This document shows positions 25,304 to 38,100 of a stretch of 64,000 bases of DNA, piece after piece. This DNA is from Heptranchias perlo. Taxonomy: Eukaryota. A program made the translations under genes and the position numbers. The stretch spans positions 43,958,001-44,022,000 of the forward strand of contig NC_090348.1 in NCBI RefSeq assembly GCF_035084215.1. The letters run 5' to 3'. The notes under the pieces were generated by a model. The model saw nothing but the letters and a program-made list of their open reading frames with translations, did not search any database and had not been told where the DNA came from. Within the stretch, counting starts at the first letter, position 1. The number at the start of each line of letters is the position of its first letter.

Positions 25304-28300
25304 CTGAAAGAAAACAATCATCTAATGTGGAAAGGCTTTCTACATCGACCTACCCAACAGATCTCCTGACTGCTCTTTCAACCAACAACGGCAGAGTAAC
25401 CTTGTACCTTTCACCAAGCAGATTTTACTATTACCATAGTAACAGTGAGGTTTTTTTTGTTGTTTTCAGTAGACCTTTTGACCCCAAACGAGCAAATTAG
25501 ACTTGTGAGCATGACCAATGTCTGCTTGTCCAATCAGCTGAGGCTTTCACTGTGTGAGGGGACATGTTCTCCGTACTCGAAGGAGAATGGTTGTTATCTG
25601 AGGAAGTACTTTCACTGCGACATACTTAATGTTGAGAAACACACAATGTACTAGCACTGCGCTGTCACAGGAACCCGCCACTTCAAGGTAGGTTGATGCC
25701 CCTGCACACCCTCAATTAACATCAGTGACAGCCTCAAACATCAATTCAGCGGGACTGCCATTCCTGTCCCTAGATTCTGATCCAAAATGATTAGCTATTA
25801 AAGAAAAAAAAATTCATGAAAGCTGTTGTATGAATTGCATTTATATAGCAGCTTTTGTGATGTCCCAAAGTGCTTTACAGCCAATTATACACTAACGTAG
25901 GGAAAGACAGCAATAAGGTTGGGCAATAAGGTTATTGACCAGATAATCTGTTTTAGTGATGTTGGTTGAGGGATAAATACTGGCCAGGACACCGTGGAGA
26001 ACGTCCCTGCTCTTCTTTGAATAGTGTCATGGAATCTTTTATGTTCACCCGAGAGGGCAGACGGAGCCTCGGTTTAAAGTCTCATCCGAAAGTGGGCACC
26101 TCCGACAGTATAGCATTCCTTCAGTACTGCACTGGGAGTACATCAGCTTAGATTATGTCAAGTCTCCAGAGTGGCACTTAACCCCACAACCTTCTGACTC
26201 AGAGGCAAGAGTGCTAACACTGAGCCAAGTGTGATACCATTGAATGACTCCACCAACACAGTGAATAAGACATTTCCACTGGTTAGGTCCTCATACACAG
26301 ACATTTAAACTATTAACATTTACAATGGTGAGAAAAGGGGAATGGAATGCTGTTATACACTGGGGAAAAAAATTCTTGTTGTAACAGAAAAGAACAAACT
26401 TGCAGGCTTCAATATAATTAATTTGTTTCTTGCTTCATTCTCATCTCAAAGTGATGTATAGAAATTCTTATCAAGGTGCTTCAACTTACTGCCTTTGATC
26501 ATCACCCAATTCAGGACCTGTAACTGGTACCACATTAAAATTAAACCAAATGTCAATGATATGCATCTGAGATGAACCGCTCATCACACACAGTCCCATC
26601 GATGCATACTGACAGACTATTAGGAACACAAGAAAAGTCAGGGGTGAGAAAAGACCATTCACCCAATTATAGTTCATCCCTCTGGTACAATCAGTCTCCC
26701 ATTGTGGATCTGTTGTATTTTAATAATTCCCCATGTTATTGTCTTGGTAGACAATTCAAAACATTTAGAGTTTTAAAAAAAGTTTTTTTCATCGTATCTA
26801 TACTAAATTTACTTTTCACATTTCCATTTATGAACTTTGCAACCTTTCAAGGCTACTTCTAAAAGGGAATTAGTTGCATAAAAAAAGGGTATGGGGAGAG
26901 TGGGATTTGACTAGTCGACTCTGGCAGAGATTTCTTGGGCAGAATGCCCTCCTCCTGTGCTGCAACATCCTGAGATTCAATGTCCTCGGCTCCTATTTTC
27001 TTGATGTACTTTAAAGTAATAATCTGGCTTCACCTTATCGACACAATTTAATATTTTATGTACTTCAGTGAAGCCTCCTTAGCCACCTCTTCTTGTCAAG
27101 TCTTTCTTCACAGTTCATCTCCTTTATAGACGGGATTGGGCTCGTTGCTCTTTTCTACAGCCAACATAATGCAAGTTTATCTTTTTTATCACATGCTAAG
27201 TAAAAACGAACACACTATTCAAAGTGTGGTCAGACCAGCACACTTATAAAGATTTAGTGAAACTTCTATAAACTTATTTTTTTTTTATTCGTTCATGGGA
27301 TGTGGGCGTCGCTGGCGAGGCCGGCATTTATTGCCCATCCCTAATTGCCCTTGAGAAAGTGGTGGTGAGCCGCCTTCTTGAACCGCTGCAGTCCGTGTGG
27401 TGAAGGTTCTCCCACAGTGCTGTTAGGAAGGGAATTCCAGGATTTTGACCCAGCGACGATGAAGGAACAGCGATATATTTCCAAGTCGGGATAGTGTGTG
27501 ACTTGGAGGGGAACGTGCAGGTGGTGTTGTTCCCATGTGCCTGCTGCTCTTGTCCCTCTAGGTGGTAGAGGTCGTGGGTTTGGGAGGTGCTGTCGAAGAA
27601 GCCTTGGCGAGTTGCTGCAGTGCATCCTGTGGATGGTACACACTGCAGCCACAGTGCGCCGATGGTGAAGGGAGTGAATGTTTAGGGTGGTGGATGGGGT
27701 GCCAATCAAGCGGGCTGTTTTGTCCTGGATGGTGTCGAGCTTCTTGAGTGTTGTTGGAGCTGCACTCATCCAGGCAAGTGGAGTTTTTTTTTAATTCGTT
27801 CATGGAATGTGGGCATTGCTGGCAAGGCCAGCATTTATTGCCCATCCCTAACTGCCCTTGAGAAGGTGGTGGTGAGCTGCCTTCTTGAACCACTGCAGTC
27901 CATCACACTCCTGTTTCACTGTTCTAGTTATATATCCTAGCATTCTATTAGGTTCTCTGAACACTTGTTTGGACATAGAAAGTGACATGTCTACTATTAC
28001 TAAAAAAGGTAAGTACAGATGAGATAGGCCATTCAGCCCATTTTCCCATGATGTCCCCATCATTGAGTTCTCCCACGTATCTTTCGAAGTCCCCGGATTA
28101 TACATTACATGCACCACATTTCTTTGTCCTCCCTGCAATTGTTCACGTATCATTGCTAAATTTAATTTGCTATATGCCTGCCCAATTTCATAACTGATCG
28201 AAATCCACAATATACAGCAAAGATCCTAAGCCAGAGGGTGAAGACAATTCCAGTGTGCTCCAATCATTCAAATAACAGTTGTCAAAGGTGGGCAAATAAA

Positions 28301-31300
28301 ATGAAAATAAAACCATCACAACTTACTGATAAAGATTCAGAAACTCAGGATGAGGGTTCACAGAATCCAGCGGTCCATAGATTAAATGCACTGCAACAAA
28401 AGTTTGATGTTAGGCTTATTTTCATTCAGTCACCAGCTGTGTGGAACAGTGTTTATTAATAACACGCTCAGTTCTTACAAGGAGCAGAGTGTGTTCATAT
28501 TACACTGGAGTGGAAGCCTCTGGTTATGTTCAGGCAGGGCTTCAGCATTTCTTTGGCTCAAGGTCCAATTAATTGAAGCTAACAAAATGCTGTAAATCGT
28601 TGGAATAAAAGTAGCTCAACAACATGCACTGATACTCTGATAAGGAATAAACCATTTCCACAGTTGGGCAAAGAGACAATCCTTAAATCTGAGACCCAGC
28701 AACTATAACTCGAGCCAGCAGGGGTCACTGAAGACCAACCTGGTGCAGGAACCCTGGATGATTTGCTCATCATTCCCTAAACCAGGGTGCAGAGGCCTTT
28801 AGTAGCATCTTTACCACTGCTGAAGCTGAGATTAACTAAATCAGCACAGACCGGCCGTGGTCTGTGTGTTTCAGTACCACACAGTGCACTAACCCCACAG
28901 GTTTATAATCTTACAACACAAGGAATATACTGCTAACAGGAAGAGGCAGTTTGACAGATCAATTATATACTTATCTGTAAACCACTCTCGTGCGTATATT
29001 AGAATAGATTCTTACTTTCTGTTAATATAATTGATCATTCAACATACTCACGTGGAACAGAGGTAGAACTCAGGGCTCCCACCCATCGATCTCTGTATTT
29101 CCATCTTTGATTGATGAACTGCAAAATACTGAAAAAATAATTAAACTTTAGAATGTTGTACTGGCAGTTTTAAGAGTTGGGACAATGGGAAAATGTTACA
29201 ATGAAATATATTTTTATTAAGTTGACTGACAGTATAAACAGGCACACCATCTTCAATATTTTACTTGGTGGGAAGGGGGAGTTGCTTTGTGACTAACTAC
29301 AGGATATTACTGTTCCTCTCCCGGTCTTCAATTCTTCCCTGCTTCTTTCTCCTTCCATCTGCCCCTGTTGACCTTTTCTCCTTCCTCACTCTATGTTCTC
29401 ATATTTTACCAGAGCTGTCTGGTACCCCTACACCCACCCACACTGTAAAGAGGCACCTTATGTTTCATCATTAAAAGATCAGGCACAATCAGCAGAAAGT
29501 GCCTAACCCAAAATGTCATTTATTCTCCCCTCTTGACCAAGACAGATTCTTTCCACCAATATCCGCACTTCAATGACATTTTTCCATTTTCCAGGACTGG
29601 ATGCAGCGGGAGGAGGCAGGCAGAGGATTCCTTGACGGTGCGTCCATTCGAAACAGTCTGTAGCAGTGGGCCAGGTGACTGTGGGATTCTCTAACTTCCT
29701 CTTTTTTCCTCAGCTCCCACCACGTAAGAAAGTCTGGGGTGAGAAAAGGCCATTTGGCCCATCACACCTACTCCATTCAAAAAGTCCATAATCATTCCAT
29801 CAGAATTCTTCCTTGAACTACTAGTTTATCGCCTACGTTAAGGAACGCTAACCTTCTTACCCTACTTCCCTGTGGAAAAAATGACCAAGCAGTCCCGTTA
29901 ATATCTCTCTAGGTCTCAATCTCCCTTTTTAACAGATATCGATCCAGCTCCCTTTTAAAGGTGACAATTCACCCTGAATCTCAGAGTCTGTTCTCGTACT
30001 ATGTGATCTCTTTTATGACTTCAGTCAGGTACATTAGTGAGCCTATCACATCCGGTACAGTCTATTCCTGGTCATTTCTTTTCCAAAAAAAAAATTGAAT
30101 TATTCAATAATTTGAACTAAGCAATGTAAATAAATAATACAACAAAGTGGGAACTTGGTGCTAAAATATAAATTGAGATTATCTGAAATAAAAAGAGTGG
30201 ACTACAATAAAAATGTTAAAAAGCACAGGAAAAAAAAAGCCATTTGACCCAGCCTTCCACAGGCAGTGTACAATCTGCTCGATCATGGACTCTACCAACC
30301 CCACTCCTCCCCTGATGAAAGGTTTTGCAATACCCCCCGTCTCCCCACTCAGAGTTAAGTCAATATTTTACAGTCCTGACCCAACGCCTTCCTTGGCACA
30401 ACAGTTACAAGGTCCCAGCAGCTCAGGGACAAATCATGTTTGCACACAGCACTGGATTATCTGTATTTAACCTAATAACCCTCAGTCCAGTTCCTAATCA
30501 GATACTCGGCCAGCTGTTGGTCCAGAGGTATTAACCCACACAGCATTACCCACTGTAACTGGGACTCTTTTCCACATAAACACAACTCTGCGAGGAAAAC
30601 AACAACAAGAAAAAAACCCTTCTGGCATGGTAAGGGATAAGAAAACTTTAATTCTGTGACCCAGTGTATGGTCTCAGCAATTATACGGCATGCCAAGTTA
30701 AAAACAGATGTGAAAACACTGGAGCAACACGCTTAGATTGCCAGTAAAATTAAGACCAAATGGCAGAGTGTAAACTGCTCTTTAGCAAGTGTAACCACCA
30801 CACTGCATGTTTAGTTACAGGTTTAACACAGCACCGAATCCGCTGAATTGAAAGTTCTGATTTAGCCAATTATCGGGAGACGTACTGCACTGAGGCTTTA
30901 ATTAGCCTGACGTTTTCAACCCATCAGGATTTCAGCTCAATTGAGTGAGCTTTTGCTGCTTCCACTGGACCGAGGCCTTGTTGCACTGGCCATTTATAAG
31001 ATTCTTTTCCTCGCTTTAGCAGCTGCCGTTATTCTCTCTGAGAAGAAGCAGGAAGGATGGGATACGTAAGCATAGAGGAGGTGGGGCATTTAGAAAAGAC
31101 AGTATCCATTTGAAAGGCACATACAGTAGTCTACTGAGGGAGTTAAGATACATGACACTCCTCTTCCTGTATCTGGGGAGCAGCTTGCAATACCTCTCTC
31201 GCACTCCTGGACAGGACAGGAGAAAAAGCTTGTTGTTTGACAGGTGATCTCTCCCTCACTTGAAGCCTCCCACTTCTCTCTCTCTATCTATCATCAATAC

Positions 31301-34300
31301 TACTATTGATAATCATCATTGGAGCTTTCCTCTCTCATTGTTACTAATCTGCGAAAACACCATCTGATAAACTGCTTCTCACCCCATCCTGACTATGTTT
31401 AAATAAAAACTTAACACATTATTGCCTATTCTAACTCCTCCTTTCCCGTAACCTGGAAGCTGTGACACTCCTTATCTCCCCCTGTCGTTCCTTCATCCTT
31501 TCTTTTGAACCATCTTCAAACTTTTAAGGTGTAACCTCGGTGTCATCTAATCACTACTTTCTCGATTTAACTCATCTTGTCTCCGAACATATGGAGAAAC
31601 CTGGGGAAAGGACCAAGGCTCACAGTCCAGGTCTCCTGCATAGGTTGAAAATGTTAGGAGACAGTCAGGCGCAGATTATTCCCCTCACGCATAAATTCTG
31701 GAACGTTTGCACAATTAACACCAGATGAAGCAACTAGGGCAACTAACATGGCGTCACACAACATTCCCACGAACTTTTACGTTTACCACATGTAGTGCAA
31801 TCAGTTTCCCGGTGCTGTGATTTTGAGAGACGGTGAAGATGCCAGTTTGCTGCCATGAAACAACGCCTGACTTGCCTACAGCTAAACACGACCGAAGGCT
31901 GCAGCCTGATGCCTCGCTGCGAGCTGTGAACAGAACATGCAAGTTGAAAGGCTCCAGGTGCTTCACTTACCTGTCCATCACCAGGTTCCCATCATTGACC
32001 CGGATAGCGGTCCACATGTCCCAATATTCTGCATTCGTCGGCTGAGTGTGGGGTCCAAACACCGCACTGATTCTGGAAAAGTCCACAATAAATATCCCTT
32101 CAGGAGGTTTAATCACAGGCCAGTTACATTTTTGATTTTTTTTTAAAAAGTGAGATCAGTAAAAGTGACCATGAAAGATGTGGTAAAAACCCAACTGGTT
32201 GAGTAATGTCCTTTAATGCTGTCCTTACCCAGTCTGGCCTATGTGACTCCAGTCCCACCAATGTGGTTGACTCTGAACTGCCCTCTGAAATGGCCTAGCG
32301 AGCCCCTCAGTTGTATCAATAGGGATGGGCAATAAATGCCAGCTAATCTATTTCTTAGCGGTACTGTCTGAGGGTCTTTGATATGCTGGTTAATGTTCTT
32401 TGAATAGTGCTGTGACCAGGAGATGTGGACCTGGCCTCAGTTTAACATCTGATTCAAAGGAGAGGACCTCTGGCAATGCTGCACTCCCTCAGTACTGGAC
32501 TGTCAGCCTAGATTACGGGTTGATAGCCTGGAGTGGGACTTAATACCTTTCCGGCAAGAGATGACGGTGCTACCAAGCTGACAATGTGCTTGCCATATAT
32601 CTTCCTTTGCTCACTAATATTAACAAAATAGGTCAGTGGGTTTAAACTGGGAAACTTGATTTATACTCTCAACTTTTTTCCACTAAGATTAGTGAATTGA
32701 AGAAAACACACTCACATACTTGTGGAACGTATCGTAATCAATTTATCTCTCACACGTAAAGCAATTCAGAAGGTTCAAATCAGTACTGCCTTCTTTGTGC
32801 AGGGAAATCAAACTGTTGAACAGTATGTGTGGGCGGGGAGAATGGAACAGGCGCCCAGTTCTTGCTCAGAGAGGGTTAGTTTATTTCTGTTCCCCCGCTG
32901 GCTTTAACCCAGGCCACACCAGATGCACATAGCTCACCCTTTTGAGAAGAGGTAGTAGTTCACAAGTCTGGTGAAGATTGGTGAAAGGCATCCACTGTCT
33001 TTCAGCAGCTGTTGTGAAGAAAAGAGAAGAATTATGAGTTTAATTTAGAAATGTATTGCTCATATCTTAATCTTAAAAAGGCACACACAGGTTTTTGTGC
33101 CTGTGTACATCTACAACTGCCCTCATATTTCACTGGATGTTACAAAGAAACGTTTATATATATAATTAGAAATCTTGTGTAGAGTGTGCACTTCCTGTCC
33201 ATAAACCTCACTTCCTGTTGTCATAATTTTCTGTTACACTTTTGTGTTAGTATTTATCACTGTAAATTGCTGTCTACATTTCCCATTCAATTTTGCTATG
33301 TCAACTGTCACAATGCACCTGCAGGCTCTGGTCACCAGGTGGCCCTGTCTCTGTCCCAACTCAGTCACCAGCCCTTATATATCCAAAAATTATGACCATC
33401 AATCGACAGTGAGCAAAGTACTGCAGCAACTTTTCACTCCCAGTTCCAAATTGTATTGGATACTTTGCGATAAACTTGCTTGTTGGAGAGATAGGAATTG
33501 AATTTTTACTGTCCATGTTAACTCTTTACTACACATTCCTGACAACACAGGTCTACGGTATCTCAAAGATAATATAAAGCCCATAAAATGAGGATAAGGT
33601 ATTAAAATTTATGCACTCATAATACTAATGATTTAAAATTTCAGAGAAAGCCACCTCAAGAGGAAGCCTTTAAGTCCTGAATGTCTTGAACCAATATTTG
33701 CATTTTACTTTCTTGACAATAAATATCTAATAAACTCTTTTAAAAAATAACTGTATTGAAAATGTTTAAAAAGAGGGACACTGTCAGAGAATCAAAAGGG
33801 GCAGAGAGCTCTCCCTGTTAGCATGGTGTGGGAGCTGGAAGCGAAGCTTTAAACAAAACAGGGTACCAGAAGTAGTCGCATGGCATCCCTCTGATGGTGA
33901 AATCAGTAAATGCACCCCCCTCTGTGGTATTAAGCCACACAGAGTAACAAGTTGCCAGGTACAATCCTCCAGTTAACTAATGTCAGGTGTTGTCAGCAGC
34001 AAGATTCCAGGTACAGTCTGCGCTGAGTTAGCTGATCTCAGGTGCTGTTAGCAGTAAGATGCTGCAACTATCCCCTGTTGGGGACAGGGAAAAAAGCCAA
34101 GACTCCTGGATCTGATCGCTAATCGCTGATCAGACAGGGTACAGAGGTACAGACAAGATCAGGATCAAGTGGTCTGTAAACTGTAATGCTGAAACGCCCA
34201 TCCCTCCCGCCTCGAACATGGTTAAACAGCCTGCCAAGACTCGCTGACAGGACTAACATAAAGTACAGGCAGTTGGGTGAGGAACTGGGCAGCTGCCCAT

Positions 34301-35116
34301 GCCCGTGGAACTGTACCCCAGCAAGAGTGGGCACCCCTGGGAGAGGAGGGGGAAAGAGAATTGGAAGGAAAACTGTGACTTATATCTCATCAGTTAAACT
34401 CTGCTGGTCCCAATGGAAAACACAGATGGAACAACAAAAAACGTAGGTTAAATCACTATCCCCCTCTAGTTATAGTTCAGCTAATCTCGATTTGCTCCAT
34501 ATTGAACAACACTAACCCAACACACGCCTCTTCACAGCCCAGGATCAGGAAAGGGGACACACATACCTGCTGCAGCACACTTCCACCCGCCCTGAGCACG
34601 CAGCCACCATTGCCAAATATCTCAACGTTGGCTGCGCTCTCTCTCATCCTGCAACCTCGCCCGTTCCATGCTGTGTTTTTACGTACGCCGAGTTTTTGCA
34701 CTGCTGACAGCAAGCAGGTGCTTTAAGGCCTCTCAGCCTTGAGGCATCACCACATTACATAGAATTTACAGCACAGAATTAGGCCATTCAGCCCAACGCT
34801 GCACTCCACACGAGCCTCCTCCCACTCTATTTACTCCATCTCACCCTATCCTTCTATTCCTTTCTCCATCATGTACTTATCTAGCTTCCCCTTAAATTGC
34901 ATCTATGCTATATTCAGCTCCTGCTTTCCACCCCATGGACCCCAACATTTTTAATGCAATGAATTCATTCCATTTTTTTAAAAAAAAGAAATGGATAATA
35001 TACAGACCTTCTGCAGAAACCTTGGATGATTAGTCTCTGGAAAAATTCCTGAAATGATTACAAAGAAAATGAGGTAAGCTGCCAGCCAGAGAAATTGGGA
35101 GTGATTTTTAAAAAAA

Positions 35117-35165
<49 letters not shown>

Positions 35166-38100
35166 TTAGAATCGTTTTAATGAGATAACCAAACAGTTGA
35201 ATACCTCCATTTGACAAACACAGGCTATTAATCATCAGGTTCCCAGGGTTACCATGTTCAGACCTAACACACAGAGAGATAATGCTTGATCATTTGAACT
35301 GGAAACTTCCAACAGTGGGATTACATTGCAGTCACGTTAGACATCGGTTCTACCGCAGACGCCGGTCTGAGACCGATGCCGGTACCGCCAGCAGACCGCG
35401 ATCGCATGGGCGGTTCAGTCGTCGTTCTCGCCCAGCAAGAGTGAACCTCCGTCCGTCTGCACAGGCAGGTTTGGTGCAGAGCTCCACTCAGCAGCCCCTT
35501 CAATTTTTGCCTGGTGCTGGTACTGGAGCTATCCAGATCTCCGGTTTGATCCAGGGTCTGTGCCGAGTTAGCTGATCTCAGCCGAGGCAGCGTTGTAGGT
35601 GCCGCAGTGAGTTAACAGTACCCCAGGGGACGGTGGAAATCAACCAAGGTCTCCACTCCTGATCGCAATCCAAAGACTTGCTGGACACCAGCTGAGGACA
35701 GATTGAGATTGTGCTCAGTGTGGTTCCTTTCACAACTGAATAGCCCGCGTGCAGAGAATGGCCAATAAAACACTTGGTGGGGGCCGGGGGGGGGGGTTTG
35801 CTGGTGCCAGTGAAACTGAACCTCACCAGGAGCTCTGCAAAAAACATTTAAGAAAACGCACGACGCTTGCTCAGTTAGCGACCTACCCAACCCCCAAGCG
35901 CTGCTCCATTTTAAACTGATAACCTGTACAGCAGCTCCAGTGCGACGGTGTCTCCGTAATCATGGGCCAGGATGTTGATCTTCTGCCGAGCTAGGCCCAG
36001 TTCCGCCATTAGCCCCTGGACAATGTCCGCCTGCTCAAAGATGGAGTATCTGTGCAGCCTCTAGTGGTGAACAAACGTATCCCAGGGGTCAGTTAACCCT
36101 CTGATCACAGAATGCCCCCCACCACCTGCCAAAATAGATGCGTCTCATCACAATATTTGCAATTATACAAGCACTTTTTTACGTCCATACATTTTAAAGG
36201 GGATCTCTCCATTAATTACTTTTTTTTTTAAAAGTGAAGTGACTTTTTATGTCGGCCAACGATGCATCCATTCTGTGCCAGTAAATAGCAACGAGATCAA
36301 TTAACCTGTTTTTTGACGAAAGACAGAAAGAAATTTGCATTTATATAGCGCCTTTCACGACCCTTGACTTCACAGCCAATGAAGCACTTTTGAAGGGTAG
36401 TCACCGTCGTAATGTACAGAAACGTGGCGGCCAGTTTGCACACAGCAATGAAATAATGACCAGATAATCTGTTTTAATGATACTGGTTGAGGGATAAATG
36501 TTGGCCAGGACATTTGCATAACCACAAACGTAAAATCTTCCATGAGCCAGTGCAATCGGGCAGCGTAATAGAACGTAATCGTTTCTTTTTCTCTCCATTA
36601 AAAAGCATTCCTTCATGTATTTAAGGGCGGTAACCTGGTGCAGGTTTATTAATTCAGCTGAAAATGGGTTTATCAGCAAAAAATAAGCATTTTTAATCAG
36701 TGTCCAGTCCTCCACCTGTGAGTAACCTGATTTAAAATCACTGAAAATAACTTTTTAAAACTATACCGAACCATTTAACAGTTTCATTGGTGTACACTAG
36801 TCAGTTTCTTGGTAAATTAAATATTTTTTGATATGAAAGAAGCATTTAAAACGTGCCGACCAGTGACTGCGCACCGAAGAAAAAGAGCGCAATTTGAAGA
36901 GGCTTCCCGAACCAGTGCAATCTCGCAATGTCGACCTGGGGGCGGGGGCCAGTTTTGTGGGGCAGAGGCCTGATCCGGGCGGATCGCATCCCAAACCAGC
37001 GGAAAACACGAGCGCAAGTGGTTTTGGGCACAACTCACTTTCGTTTTAAAACTCCGCGATCTTTCGCGCTGGTTCGGCCGATTCCGTCTGGATCGCCCTG
37101 ATATAACTTGCAGAAACTCGACCCCTATCGGTTTACTGCAAACAAAAAAAAGGCCCTGTAACGACCACTGAGCGTATCTACAGACCTGTGAACTATATCC
37201 AGTGCTCAAAGGGTTAACCCTTCAGCAAAGGAACCGAATGTTTGATGCTACACGTTGTGACCCAGTGTCCAGGTACTCACGGGTTTATCGCTGAATCCAA
37301 AGCCAAGAAAATCTAGTGCGATAACTCGATTAAACCTCAGCATCAAGCTTTCCCAGATCTAAAATTTAAAAAAACACATTACAAGCTCCTTTTTTAGTGC
37401 TCTCCATCTTTCCAAGATACGCTCAGCTTGTCTAGCGACGAGTTCCAGTTTTTAAAAGGGAACACGTTCAGATGAAGAGATTCCTTCGACTACTCACTGT
37501 AGTTTGCTTTTTAATAGCCTTGTAGGATTGGGGATATATTATGGTAAACAGGTCTCCAGTAGCAATTAGGAGTAACAATCCTGGCCAATTTCGCCCCTCC
37601 CTAGTGGAGAGGTGCTCTGACCAACTAGGCGCCTGCTGCCACCGTAGCAATTGGAATAGCAGAGTTCAGATAAAGAGTGCGATACTTCATTCACAACACA
37701 GGTGCCCACCCTTGAAAACCGCAGTAAACTCCCCTGCTCTTCGGCGAAATAGTGTCGTCAGCATCGACCACCTCACCCCCCACCCCGGGGTGAGGGGATC
37801 ACAATTTTAAGTTGGACATAAGGCCCAGATCGAGGTTAGATGTTGGGAGGTGGCTCTTTTCCCGGAGAATAGCTGACCTGCGGTACAGGCTGCCGGCTCG
37901 TGCGGTAAACTGCGATTCGCTGAATTCCTTCAAGCGAGAGCTGGACCTGTTTCTGGCTGCGGCAGCGATCACCTCGTACAAAAGGGAGGTGATGAAATAC
38001 ATAGAATTATCAGGGCCAGAGTGATCTCCTGAGCTAGTTTTGATCGCCAAAGCGGGGGGGGGGGGGTCGCAGAGCAATTTCCAGGATTTTTTTTCCCCCC

